From Candidatus Latescibacterota bacterium (GTDB taxonomy: Bacteria; Latescibacterota; UBA2968): a stretch of 64,000 bases of DNA. The stretch covers positions 5,952,001 through 6,016,000 of the forward strand of contig OZ244960.1 of NCBI GenBank assembly GCA_965222605.1. The letters are read 5' to 3'. Below, in pieces: positions 1-9,999 of this stretch. The notes under the pieces are model-generated. The model was not told the DNA's origin, searched no databases, and saw only the letters and a list, made by a program, of their open reading frames with translations. The position numbers and the translations under genes are program-made. Positions within the stretch are counted from its first letter, which is position 1. Each line of letters begins with the position of its first letter.

Positions 1-1
1 C

Positions 2-280
2 GATCCGTCTGATCCCGCGTCGCCGTATGTGAAACTGGCCTGGAACGCTTCGACTGCGCCGCAGGGGATTCGTTACTACAGCATCTACCGCAGTACGGCA
101 GTGGATGTGACACCCACCCAGAAGAATTTGATCGGAAGTTCGCGGGAGCCGAGTTTTGTGGATGTAGGCATAACGCACCCGAAGTATTATTACTGCGTTG
201 TGGCGGTTGATAACTGGGGCAACCGTTCCTACCCTTCCGCAAAGATGGTTTTGACGACACAGGATTTCACGGACAAATAA
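2..280 (+). CDS. 3' end of a gene with a C-terminal fibronectin type III-like domain (partial, starts before the window)
   Basis: Frame is open from position 2. VKLAW...YSIYRS...YYYCVVAVDNWGNRS is an FN3 pattern. Confidence 0.7.
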   Translation, partial: DPSDPASPYVKLAWNASTAPQGIRYYSIYRSTAVDVTPTQKNLIGSSREPSFVDVGITHPKYYYCVVAVDNWGNRSYPSAKMVLTTQDFTDK

Positions 281-341
281 GAGTCCATTCTGCTATCCGT
301 TCTTACGCCGCTCGCAGGATTTTTTGAAGGAGAAGATCGAA

Positions 342-1598
342 ATGCGTTTTGGAATTGCCTGTCGGGATATCGTTCCTCCGTTTCGCACAAGAATGTACGG
401 GTATGGTGCGCGGGTGGACCTCTGCGAAGACGTCAACGACCCGTTGACGTTCACGGCTATTGTATTGGAAGAGGGGAACCGCCGTGCGTTGTTGGGTGCT
501 GCGGATCTGGGCACATTTCCGAGGCTTGATGAGTTGTCCGGCTTTATGGATCAACTCGGGGAGATCGTCGGGTGTCCGAGAGACCATATCATGCTGAACT
601 GCTCGCACTCTCACGGGACCGCGACGGTGTCGGACGAGCGATACAGGGAATGGTTGTACGAAAAGGTCCTCGAAGCTGCCCAGGAGGCTTCGGAGAACGC
701 GAATGAAGGGACCTTATGGTACGGCGAAGGCAAGACGAGCTTGCCGATGAACCGCCGCCTGGAGCGGGATGGTCAGGTTGTGAATGCGCCCAATCCGGGT
801 GGCACGGTAGATGATCGCATGCGGCTCCTGGTCTTCAGGAAACCGACGGGAGAGATCGCTGCGCTCGGGATGTCCGTGGCGTGTCATCCGGTTGCCACGG
901 GGGCACAGCACCTGCTGACAGCGGAATTTCCCGGGGCCTGGAGAGCTGCCTTCTCCAGAGCGTTTGGTCCGGATGTGACGCCGTTTTTCCTGCAGGGAGC
1001 GGGCGGAGATATACGGCCCCGACATGTAGCCGAAGGGGACCACTGGCGGGCGATGAAGCACGCCGAGCTTCCCGACATGGGCCAGGAACTTTTGAGGGAG
1101 ATGTTGAAGATCCTCCTGGAGGCGGACTTCAAACAGATCGACAATCTGACGCTTGCGGGCAAGATCAATCGGGTTGAGGCGCCCTGCCAGAGGCTTTATA
1201 CCACGCGCGAGGAACTCGAGTTGCTCAGGGAACGGGATGGAAGATTTGGTTCCTATGCGGAGAAATGCCTGCAGCATCTCGAAGCGGGAGAGGGGGTTCC
1301 GGACCGTGCGGAGTTTCACGTTCAGACCCTCTGGTTGAATCGGGATTTCGCCCTGATCGGCCTCGACGCCGAGCCGCTCCACGCTCTGGGCCGGGCCATA
1401 GAGGATTCCGTTTCTCCCAGGCAGGCGTTGTTCCTGGGATATACAAACGGCTGCATTGGCTATGCGATGGACGGAAAGGAGACAGAACGGGGGGGCGGTA
1501 CGGAGATAGGCACCTATCTTTTCAGAGGATGGTCGGGGCCTCCTGAGCCGGGCCTTGAGAAAGTCCTGGCCGGAGCTGTTGTGAACGAGTCCGGATAA
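342..1598 (+). CDS. Neutral/alkaline ceramidase-like hydrolase
   Basis: AAGGAG RBS before ATG 342. Motifs DI.PP..MYGY..R, NCSHSHG, ACHP, FLQGAGGD, GYTNG. Confidence 0.75.
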   Translation: MRFGIACRDIVPPFRTRMYGYGARVDLCEDVNDPLTFTAIVLEEGNRRALLGAADLGTFPRLDELSGFMDQLGEIVGCPRDHIMLNCSHSHGTATVSDERYREWLYEKVLEAAQEASENANEGTLWYGEGKTSLPMNRRLERDGQVVNAPNPGGTVDDRMRLLVFRKPTGEIAALGMSVACHPVATGAQHLLTAEFPGAWRAAFSRAFGPDVTPFFLQGAGGDIRPRHVAEGDHWRAMKHAELPDMGQELLREMLKILLEADFKQIDNLTLAGKINRVEAPCQRLYTTREELELLRERDGRFGSYAEKCLQHLEAGEGVPDRAEFHVQTLWLNRDFALIGLDAEPLHALGRAIEDSVSPRQALFLGYTNGCIGYAMDGKETERGGGTEIGTYLFRGWSGPPEPGLEKVLAGAVVNESG

Positions 1599-1629
1599 AC
1601 GGCCTCTCAATACACAAGGAGAAAACGCC

Positions 1630-2925
1630 ATGCGTTTTGGTATCGGCCACAGGGATATCACCCCGCCGCTTTACACTTACATGCACGGATACGCGGCGCG
1701 GCGAGATACGAATGATGGGGTGAATGATCCCCTGACGTTTACAGCGATTGTGATGGAAGAGGGAGGCCGGCGCGCACTGGTGGGTGCTGCGGACATCTGC
1801 ACATTTCCGAACGACGGAAGTATGCCTGGCTTTCTGAAGCAGGTTGGGAAGGCGGTTGGATGTCCGGCAGACAGTGTGATGCTCAATGCCTCGCACACCC
1901 ATGGGGGGCCGAGGATGCCGAGTTCCTCTCTGTACCGGAGAGACTTTCCTTCGCGAACGGTGGAGGAGTACAGAGATCAGCTCTACGCGCAGGTGCTCGA
2001 GGCCGCCCGCGAGGCTGCGGACAATCTGGTGGAAGGGAGCCTCTGGTATGGGGAGGGGAAGACGCGACTGCCGATGAACCGGCGTCCGGAGCGGGATGGC
2101 CGGGTTGTGAATGCGCCGAATCCGGATGGCCCGGTAGATGACCGGATGCAGCTTCTGCTTTTCAGAAAGGCCACGGGAGAAGCGGCGGCGGTGGGTGTCA
2201 AGGTATCGTGCCATCCAGTTGCTACGGGTGCGCAACACCTGATTACGGCAGATTGGCCGGGGGCATGGCGTGCGGCGTTTTCCAATGTGTTTGGTCCGGA
2301 TGTAATACCGTTTTTCCTGCAAGGAGCGGGTGCGGATGCGCGCCCCCGGCATGTGGCCGAGGGGGACCACTGGCGGGTGATGAAGCACGCCGAACTCGCC
2401 GCGATTGGCGACGAACTGATGGCTGAGACTCTGGCGGTCCTCACGGGGACGCATCTCCGTCCGGTAGATAATCTGATGCTGCGAGGGAAGATTAATATTG
2501 TGCAGGCTCCCTGCGAGAAGCAATATACCACCCGCGAACAGCTCGAGTCTCTGAAGGGCGAAGGCGGACTCCTGCAGCAGTATGCGGAAGCGGGTCTGGA
2601 GCGCTTGGATAAGGGAGAAGAGATTCCCGATCAGGTGGCGTTTCAAATTCAGACGCTGTGGTTGAACCGGGATCTGGCTCTAATCGGTCTGGATGTGGAG
2701 CCGCTTTGTGGCCTGGCGAAGACGGTTGAGGAGGCGGTTGCGCCATCGCAGGCAGTCCTTATGGGATATACGAATGGCTGTATCGGCTATACCCCCGATA
2801 CGGAGGAGATGAAGCGCGGCGGGTACGAGACCGGCAGCTATTTGCCCAGTGTGTGGTCCGGACCATTGATGCCGGGCCTTGAAGATCTGTTTGCCAGTGC
2901 TGTCGTTCGCCCTGCGGGGGGCTGA
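1630..2925 (+). CDS. Neutral/alkaline ceramidase-like hydrolase, tandem paralog
   Basis: Collinear with 342-1598. Motifs NASHTHGGP, SCHP, GYTP..EEMKRGGYE. Confidence 0.8.
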   Translation: MRFGIGHRDITPPLYTYMHGYAARRDTNDGVNDPLTFTAIVMEEGGRRALVGAADICTFPNDGSMPGFLKQVGKAVGCPADSVMLNASHTHGGPRMPSSSLYRRDFPSRTVEEYRDQLYAQVLEAAREAADNLVEGSLWYGEGKTRLPMNRRPERDGRVVNAPNPDGPVDDRMQLLLFRKATGEAAAVGVKVSCHPVATGAQHLITADWPGAWRAAFSNVFGPDVIPFFLQGAGADARPRHVAEGDHWRVMKHAELAAIGDELMAETLAVLTGTHLRPVDNLMLRGKINIVQAPCEKQYTTREQLESLKGEGGLLQQYAEAGLERLDKGEEIPDQVAFQIQTLWLNRDLALIGLDVEPLCGLAKTVEEAVAPSQAVLMGYTNGCIGYTPDTEEMKRGGYETGSYLPSVWSGPLMPGLEDLFASAVVRPAGG

Positions 2926-2982
2926 GCCTCATACAAACCCGGCGGGAAATTAGAAGCCTGTGTCACATAGGAGAAATGACCG

Positions 2983-4149
2983 ATGAAGATCACCGAGGTG
3001 GAACCCATCCTGCTCACGGTTGATATGCCGGAAGAGCATCCTTTGCGATGGTCTGGGGGAGAAGCTGCCAGCGTAAACTGCGCGCTGGTGCGGGTACATA
3101 CCGACGAATCCATCACCGGTCTGGGAGATTGCTACGGGCCGGGATTTGCCGCGGGCGAGGCCACGGCCGAGTTGTTCCGCCTGTTCGGGCAGTTTCTCCA
3201 GGGCAAAGACCCACGAGATGTGGCCGGGTGTTACGAGATGATGTACCGCCGCATCCTGTACTGGGGGCGGTCCGGGCTGGCGGTGGCAGCGGCCAGTGCG
3301 GTGGAGAACGCCCTGTGGGATATTGCAGGGAAAGCCGCCTCTCAGCCGGTGTACCGCCTGCTGGGGGGGCTGTGTCACGATAAGCTGCCGATTTACGCCA
3401 GCGGGGGCCTGGAGCAGCCCCTGGAGGATCTGAAAGCAGAGATGAGGGCGCACCGAGAGGCAGGGTTTCGGGCTGTGAAGATGAGGATTGGCGTGAACCG
3501 GGAACACGATCTGGAACGGGTGGCCGCGTGTCGGGAAGTGCTGGGGCCGGAGGTGAAGCTGATGGCGGACGCGGTGATGGGACACAACCCGGACCCGTGG
3601 ACGGCAGCCGACGCGATACGGGTCGCAAAGGCTTTAGAGCCTTACGATCTGTTCTGGCTGGAGGAGCCGTGTTTCGCGGCGGACTACGAGGGCTACGCCC
3701 ATGTCCGCCGGAATACCTGTATTCCCATTTCGGGCGGCGAGAGTTCGTGTATGCGGTATGAGTTCAAACATTTTTTCGAGCGGCAGGCACTGGATGTGGC
3801 CCAGCCGGATGCGTGCCAGGCAGGGGGCATCTTAGAGTGTATGAAGGTAGCTGCGATGGCCGACGCCTATGGTGTGAAAGTGGCACCCCACGCATGGGGG
3901 ACTTCGATTACGGTCGCAGCCAACCTGGCATGGGCATTTGTCACGCCCAATACCGTGCTTGCCGAGTATCCAACCTGGCATTTCCCGCTCACAGACGCGC
4001 TATTTGTGGAAAAACCGCGGATTGAAGACGGGATAGTTTATCCTCCAACGACGCCTGGACTGGGGGTGGACCTCCCGAAAGAGCTGGAGGAAAAATACCG
4101 GTACCGACCAGAAGCATCCAGGTTGGATATGCGGAGAGAAAAAGAATGA
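2983..4149 (+). CDS. Mandelate racemase/muconate lactonizing enzyme family (probable acid-sugar dehydratase)
   Basis: ALWDIAGKA..QPVYRLLGG, KMR, metal ligands in ADA/WLEEP/GGES, APH, PGLGV. Confidence 0.9.
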   Translation: MKITEVEPILLTVDMPEEHPLRWSGGEAASVNCALVRVHTDESITGLGDCYGPGFAAGEATAELFRLFGQFLQGKDPRDVAGCYEMMYRRILYWGRSGLAVAAASAVENALWDIAGKAASQPVYRLLGGLCHDKLPIYASGGLEQPLEDLKAEMRAHREAGFRAVKMRIGVNREHDLERVAACREVLGPEVKLMADAVMGHNPDPWTAADAIRVAKALEPYDLFWLEEPCFAADYEGYAHVRRNTCIPISGGESSCMRYEFKHFFERQALDVAQPDACQAGGILECMKVAAMADAYGVKVAPHAWGTSITVAANLAWAFVTPNTVLAEYPTWHFPLTDALFVEKPRIEDGIVYPPTTPGLGVDLPKELEEKYRYRPEASRLDMRREKE

Positions 4150-4192
4150 AATTCGGCGTTGCGAGAGTATCTTAATTGACGGGATATCATAC

Positions 4193-7100
4193 ATGAAACG
4201 GCATCTATGCGCGTTGTTAGGGGTGATGCTTGGAGCGGTGTGGGCGTGTTCTGGCCATGTGAAGGAGGTACTGGAGATGATGCAACCCAATGAGGTTCCC
4301 AATGGGGGATTTGAGGCCGATACCGACGGTATGCCCGATGGGTGGGAATTGGACGTGGATTCAGACGATTTCCTGTTTACAGGTAAATTATCTACCCAAT
4401 CCCATTCAGGTCGGTACAGTTTCTGCGTTGAGAAGGGCATGGGCAGACGGGGGACGGACCTGCGTTCTCCACACTTCGATCTCAAGCCGGATGTTGCGTA
4501 TGAGGTAAGTGTCTGGCTGAGAATGGACAGTCGGTTTCCAAAGGACGCGCTTCGCATGCAGGTGCGCGCCAACACCCACAGCGAGTTATTCGAGTTGAGC
4601 GTGGGGAGGAGCTGGCGGAAATCTACGGTTATATTCCGCACAGAGTCCGGGACCACTTCGGGACACATTCAGTTTGATCAACTCGGCGGACTGGCCGATC
4701 GGCTCTATATCGATGATGTGGAGGTCAGGGAGATAGAAGCCGAGGATGACAGGCCCCCTATTCAGAAAACAGACCTTTCTGAGTTTGTGTTTCCCGAACA
4801 CCGGCCGCGTTTGGAGCATACTTCGGAAGAGATCGAAGAAATCAAGCAGTCTATGCAGGGGCGTGATATCCACGAGCACGCGTGGGTGGAAAATGCAGAT
4901 CCGTGGCTGGAGAAGCAGTTGCATTTCTTCGAGGAGGGGTACGACTTCAAAAAATACTGGACGATCGGGCGCCACTGTCCGGTAGATGCCAGGCTTCTCG
5001 AGCCGATTATACATCCCGATGGTACAACCGAGATGAAATGTCCGGTGTGCGACCGAATCTATCGGAACGAGGAACACAGGGCGTGTGCGCGTGCGATGTA
5101 CAACGAACAGATGGCGCGTGGCGCTGGCTGGCTGGGCAAGGCTTATGCGCTCACCGGCGATGTGCGGTATGCCCGCCGGGCTGCGGAGATCCTGGTGGGG
5201 TTTGCCGGGCGCTACAAGCAATGGGGCGGGGGCGGTCACGCGGTGCTCTATATGCTGCGGGAGTCCAATGGGTTTCTCATTCCCTGTACAACGGCGTACG
5301 ATTATATCTATGACAGCGGTGTTTTATCAGCGGGGGACCGCCGAAAGATCGAAGAAGATTTCTTCCGGGTGGCTGGCGAGTATTATTCAAACCACGCCGA
5401 TACAAATGGGCGTATGAACAACCGGGGTGCGATCCACAATCGGAATGTGATGGCCATTGGGTCGGCCATCAACGACAGGGGGTTTGTAGATCAAGCGCTC
5501 AACAGTCCGCATTCGGGATTTCACACGCTGGCGGCACGCATATTCGATCCGGACGGCCTGGCGTGGGAGGGATTCGGTTACCATACCTACACACTGGTCG
5601 GCCTTTCTCCCATTGCGGAGATGGCGTACCGGATCGGGATCAATGTCTATGGTGATCCCGCGTACCGCAAGGTATTCGAGGCGCCGCTACAGGTGTTTCT
5701 GCCCGGGGAGGTAGATCCGGAATCTCGCCATAGCCTGTTGGACGTGTATGAGATTGCTTGTCGAAGGTTTGCCGAATTGGGGGAGGCGATAGAGTTCCCG
5801 TTCGACAAGGAGGATAGAGTTAAGGTCATTCCCTCCTCATCGTTCAATTTCAAGCATTTTGGGTATGGGGTGCTGCGCTCCGGGGAGGGAGAGGATCAGA
5901 TCTATCTCTCGATGAGCTATGGCAAAGAGGCGATGTTTATGGGACATGCCCCCGCGCTGAAGTTCGGGTTGGTGCTCTATGCGAACCGCCGGTTGCTGAC
6001 CCCAAGGGGGATGCCTTCAGGTTATGGGCATCCGTTGACCGGGGGATGGTCCCGCAATCCTCTGGCGCACAATTCCATTACGGCCGATGACACGGATCAG
6101 TGGGGCCGCACGGAAGGAAAGTTGATCGCCTTTGAAGCGGCTCCCCGCGTGAAGCTGATGCGGGCAGTGGATAACGGCGCCTATGGGGATATCGCCCTGG
6201 ATCGGACGCTGTTTCTCACGGACGGATATGTGGTGGACCTTTCGGGCGCATATGCCGAGAGCGGACGGCACCGGTACGACCTGTGCTACCGGAGCTTCGG
6301 GGAGTTGAGTTACCCGCTGCCGTTCGAGGGCCGAGAGGAGCCTCTGGGCGTGGGGTACGGATATCAGTACCTGACGGATGTGAGGAGCAAGCGTACCGAT
6401 GAAACGTGGTCCGCAGATTGGCGTCAGGCCGAGGACAGCGCAGTCAGACTTACCGTTGTAGGCGGGCCTGAGACGGAGGTGATCGCCTGCACCTCGCCGA
6501 GCAATACGGACCGGGACGACGATGTGAATGCCCTAATTGCCCGTCGGTCAGCGCAGAGGACGGTGTTCGCCGCGGTGTGGGAGCCTTATCGGGAAAAGCC
6601 ATTCCTGTCGCGGATCGTGTCCTTGCCGGTGAAAGGTGAGGGAAATGGATCGGATCAGGCCGGGGGCGTTGGGGTCGAGGTGATCGAGAATGGTTCAGAG
6701 GCCACGGAGTGTTTCCTGGCTTCTTACACCTCTGGGGTAAAGAGGTACGGTGACATTGAACTTGACGGGAAGGTGGCCGCTGGCTGTTGGGGAGACAGTG
6801 AAGAAGAGCCGACTTACGTTTATCTGGTGAACGGCGTTTTGCTCAGGCGGAACTCGTATTCGGTAGAGGCCAGCGCGCTGGCTTCAATTTACGTCGAGCG
6901 ATTGGCCGGGGACCGGCTTCTGGTGAAAACCGGGGACAATGGCGCCGGCAAGATGGCGATTGAAGGCAGGCTGTCGGATGAAGTCAGGGTGGAGCGGGAT
7001 GGCGAGGAGGTGGAGACAGAGGTCGGGGATGCGGTCGTTTTTGAGGTGGCGGCGCAGGCGTCCTACGAGCTTTCCGGCGTGCTCGAATGGGAGCGCGTGA

Positions 7101-7762
7101 GGCTTGAAGCTCAGGTAGGAGCGGCAGAGGCCGATCTTGAGGAGCGTGCGACCGAACCGGAGAATGAGGCGGAAATGCCCCTGGCGGAGTATGGTCCACT
7201 TGCGGGAAAGAACAAGACAGCGAACGGGGGATTTGAAGTCAATTATAAGACGCATGACGAGGTCGAAGACCCCTGGGAGTGCTGGAACTCATATTACTGG
7301 GCAAAGTTCCGTCCTGCATATCATTACGATAGCGAGGTGGTGCATAGCGGAACGTATTCGCTCAAGATCCCGCGGGAAAACTGGGCGAATGAAGCGACGC
7401 GGGACGGGTGGATCGAGCAGAAGGTTTCCAGTTCTGGAGCGAACAAGACATATACGCTTTCTGCATGGGTGAAGTCGAGCCTGGATCCGACGCGCGTGAG
7501 GCTGTGCATCTACGGCTGGAATCCGGCGTGGGGGAGGGATTTCGATGGCGGCGTGTCGCCCCGGTTCGAGGTGGGTACGGAGTGGCAACGCATTAGTTGG
7601 ACGCGGAGCTTCGGTCCGGAGATCGCAGATGTATATGTGATGGTGAAGCGAGAGCACCAGGTGCTGGGCGGAGATGTGTGGATTGACGATGTGCAATTGG
7701 AAGAGGGTGGCAAGGCGACGGCGTTCGTCCTGGATGCGTGGACAGAGACGGCGCAGAGGTAG
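4193..7762 (+). CDS. Exported heparinase II/III / alginate-lyase-like protein with N- and C-terminal CBM4/9-like domains
   Basis: Lipobox-like VWAC. NGGFE...YIDDV / WIDDVQLEEG domains at both ends. Core motifs YALTGD..YA, EG.GYH.Y, AHNSIT.D. Confidence 0.75.
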   Translation: MKRHLCALLGVMLGAVWACSGHVKEVLEMMQPNEVPNGGFEADTDGMPDGWELDVDSDDFLFTGKLSTQSHSGRYSFCVEKGMGRRGTDLRSPHFDLKPDVAYEVSVWLRMDSRFPKDALRMQVRANTHSELFELSVGRSWRKSTVIFRTESGTTSGHIQFDQLGGLADRLYIDDVEVREIEAEDDRPPIQKTDLSEFVFPEHRPRLEHTSEEIEEIKQSMQGRDIHEHAWVENADPWLEKQLHFFEEGYDFKKYWTIGRHCPVDARLLEPIIHPDGTTEMKCPVCDRIYRNEEHRACARAMYNEQMARGAGWLGKAYALTGDVRYARRAAEILVGFAGRYKQWGGGGHAVLYMLRESNGFLIPCTTAYDYIYDSGVLSAGDRRKIEEDFFRVAGEYYSNHADTNGRMNNRGAIHNRNVMAIGSAINDRGFVDQALNSPHSGFHTLAARIFDPDGLAWEGFGYHTYTLVGLSPIAEMAYRIGINVYGDPAYRKVFEAPLQVFLPGEVDPESRHSLLDVYEIACRRFAELGEAIEFPFDKEDRVKVIPSSSFNFKHFGYGVLRSGEGEDQIYLSMSYGKEAMFMGHAPALKFGLVLYANRRLLTPRGMPSGYGHPLTGGWSRNPLAHNSITADDTDQWGRTEGKLIAFEAAPRVKLMRAVDNGAYGDIALDRTLFLTDGYVVDLSGAYAESGRHRYDLCYRSFGELSYPLPFEGREEPLGVGYGYQYLTDVRSKRTDETWSADWRQAEDSAVRLTVVGGPETEVIACTSPSNTDRDDDVNALIARRSAQRTVFAAVWEPYREKPFLSRIVSLPVKGEGNGSDQAGGVGVEVIENGSEATECFLASYTSGVKRYGDIELDGKVAAGCWGDSEEEPTYVYLVNGVLLRRNSYSVEASALASIYVERLAGDRLLVKTGDNGAGKMAIEGRLSDEVRVERDGEEVETEVGDAVVFEVAAQASYELSGVLEWERVRLEAQVGAAEADLEERATEPENEAEMPLAEYGPLAGKNKTANGGFEVNYKTHDEVEDPWECWNSYYWAKFRPAYHYDSEVVHSGTYSLKIPRENWANEATRDGWIEQKVSSSGANKTYTLSAWVKSSLDPTRVRLCIYGWNPAWGRDFDGGVSPRFEVGTEWQRISWTRSFGPEIADVYVMVKREHQVLGGDVWIDDVQLEEGGKATAFVLDAWTETAQR

Positions 7763-7823
7763 GTCCCGGGTGAACCGAGGTTGTGGGCGAATACTGATTG
7801 TGCGATAGCGACCGGAGGGTTCA

Positions 7824-8372
7824 GTGGATACGGATGAAGGGCGTCTGATTGAGCAATGGAGCGTTGACGGCAGGGAATTCGTGATGTGCACAGCGCGGTG
7901 GAGCGATCTGATGCCTTACGGAGCGATGCACCAAGAGCTGTATCGGGAGCGGGTGATGGCGAGTCCGAGAAACGCCGATACCCGGGTCGCAGGAGAAGAA
8001 CTCGGCAGGAGACTTACGGACATGGCCTGTGGCGCAGGTGTGCTGCTGGTCGTGGAGACGGATGGGCGGATCGTGGGAGAGGGAACGCTTCAGCGCTCCA
8101 ACGGGGATGGTTCGATTACCCTGGGGCTGCTGATTCTCAGGGATTTTCGCGATAAGGGGATTGGACGGCGGTTGATGGGTGCACTGGAGGACGAGGCGCG
8201 CCGGCTCGGAAAACGGCGGATAGATCTGACAGTCTGGAGCGCCAACGAGCGCGGCTATCACCTCTACACCAGCATGGGCTACCGGGAAATCGGGCGGTTT
8301 CCGGATTGGATCCGCTCGGATCTTACGCCGGGCGGGATCTCAGACCTGGTGTGGATGTTGAAGGATCTGTAG
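7824..8372 (+). CDS. GNAT family N-acetyltransferase
   Basis: FRDKGIGRRLM acetyl-CoA motif, then N.R..LY.SMGY. Confidence 0.85.
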   Translation: MDTDEGRLIEQWSVDGREFVMCTARWSDLMPYGAMHQELYRERVMASPRNADTRVAGEELGRRLTDMACGAGVLLVVETDGRIVGEGTLQRSNGDGSITLGLLILRDFRDKGIGRRLMGALEDEARRLGKRRIDLTVWSANERGYHLYTSMGYREIGRFPDWIRSDLTPGGISDLVWMLKDL

Positions 8373-8412
8373 GTTTGTAGGAAGAGAAGAGGCTGACTAA
8401 CTTCCTATATAC

Positions 8413-8463
8413 GGGAGGCGATTATGAAAAAGGGCATCGTCATTCGTGCATTTTCCGGGAATC
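8413..8463 (+). repeat. 51-bp exact direct repeat, copy 1 (RBS plus first 13 codons of the isomerase gene at 31169)
   Basis: gggaggcgattatgaaaaagggcatcgtcattcgtgcattttccgggaatc is identical to 31158-31208. Confidence 0.92.
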
Positions 8464-8510
8464 TGGAAGACCAACAGGTGAATTGTGCATACCTCTCACT
8501 TATATTCATA

Positions 8511-8565
8511 TTTGACATAAAGTCAAAAGAAAAAAGTTGACAAACGATTAGAAAGGATATATTTT
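8511..8565 (+). promoter_or_regulatory. Putative sigma70 promoter with upstream palindrome
   Basis: TTGACA at 8537-8542, 17 bp spacer, TATTTT at 8560. Palindrome TTTGAC-ataaa-GTCAAA at 8511-8527. Confidence 0.5.
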
Positions 8566-8616
8566 GCAAAAAAGTTCTCAAGAAGTAGATTCCCTGGCCT
8601 TTAGTCTAAGAGCGAT

Positions 8617-9879
8617 ATGAGTTTTGATAACAGCCCATTCGGGAAAAGGATAGATCAGAATGCCGCCGGTCTTCTGGATGCTATCCTGCATTATGGACCG
8701 ATATCAAGACAGGATCTTATGCGGCGCACGCATTTGGGCCAGGTTAAGGTGAACCAGATTGTCTCCGAACTGTTGGAGACAGGTTTTCTCCAGGCCAATG
8801 AACTGGGCCGTTCAAAAGGCGGAAGGCGGCCTCAACTCCTTCAAATCAGCGATAGGCTGGGTTATATTTTGGGCGTTGAGATCTATCCGGATTTTATAAC
8901 CGCTCTGCTGGTCGATGTCAATTTCAATATCGTATGCCGAATTCAAAAGCCGGCTGTTGTCGAAAAGGCAGATCGAATATCCCGGTTCGAAAGCACAAAG
9001 AAGACGATTCATGAATTGATTGATCGGTCCGGAATCAGTCCGGAAGAGATACTTGCGATTGGTCTGGCATGTCCTGGAACCTTGAATATTTCAGAAGGAG
9101 TTGTCGTTTCGTCTTCTACGCTCGGTTCGGATTGGCACGGAAAGGACGTGCCGATTCGGGTTCTGATCGAGAATGAATTCAATCTGCCGGTCTTTCTGGA
9201 GCACAATGCAAAGGCCATGGCTTTGGCCGAACGAAGACTTGGAGCTGCACAAGGCGTCGATGACTTTATTTTAGTCACGGTGAGTATCGGTGTAGGAGCC
9301 GGGATTATCACCGGCGGCAGGGTGCTCAGAGGAACGGCCGGTTTTAGTGGGGAATTCGGCCATATTACTGTAGATGAAAAGGGGCCGAGATGTTCCTGCG
9401 GTCACATAGGGTGTCTTCAGGCGCTCGTTTCCACGCCGGCCGCGATTGCGTATGTCAGGAATGCCCTGGAACAGGGCACCCGGTCAAAAATCAACGATTT
9501 AATCGGAGGAAACCTCAAGCAGCTCTCCTTTGAAAAGATCTGTATTGCGGCCGAACAGGGAGATCGTCTGGCCTCTATTGTCATTGAGAGAATGGGGCTG
9601 TATCTGGGCAAAACGATTGCCATGATGGTATTGGTCTTGAATCCCAAACAGGTTGTCCTGAGCAGAGAGGCCGTGCTTGCAGGCGACCTGCTGCTGGATC
9701 GAATCCGACATATTGTAAAACTCGATTCGCTGATGGAAAACAGCGAGTGTGTCGAGATTATGTATTCCTCTCTGGGAGCGAATGCGGCTCCTCTTGGGGT
9801 AGCCTCTGTGGTGCGCGATCACCTCTTTGAATTGATCCCTATAGGTGCAGATAAACTCGACCTGAATTTGGACAGATGA
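8617..9879 (+). CDS. ROK family transcriptional regulator (NagC/XylR-like)
   Basis: N-terminal HTH with SKGGRRP, plus GEFGH and CSCGHIGCLQ zinc motif. Confidence 0.93.
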   Translation: MSFDNSPFGKRIDQNAAGLLDAILHYGPISRQDLMRRTHLGQVKVNQIVSELLETGFLQANELGRSKGGRRPQLLQISDRLGYILGVEIYPDFITALLVDVNFNIVCRIQKPAVVEKADRISRFESTKKTIHELIDRSGISPEEILAIGLACPGTLNISEGVVVSSSTLGSDWHGKDVPIRVLIENEFNLPVFLEHNAKAMALAERRLGAAQGVDDFILVTVSIGVGAGIITGGRVLRGTAGFSGEFGHITVDEKGPRCSCGHIGCLQALVSTPAAIAYVRNALEQGTRSKINDLIGGNLKQLSFEKICIAAEQGDRLASIVIERMGLYLGKTIAMMVLVLNPKQVVLSREAVLAGDLLLDRIRHIVKLDSLMENSECVEIMYSSLGANAAPLGVASVVRDHLFELIPIGADKLDLNLDR

Positions 9880-9999
9880 ATACGCTTTTTCAACGCTTTT
9901 TTCTCTACGCAATAATTTCAAAACAGCTTCTAAGAAAAGTCCATACAGCCAACGGTTGGTTGTGGGTGTTTTAAAATCATATATGAAAGGAGGCGGGCC

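Noticed and set aside
8413-8463. attL/attR of an integrative element
   Set aside because: No integrase, tRNA or conjugation genes in the enclosed block, so it is kept only as a repeat.
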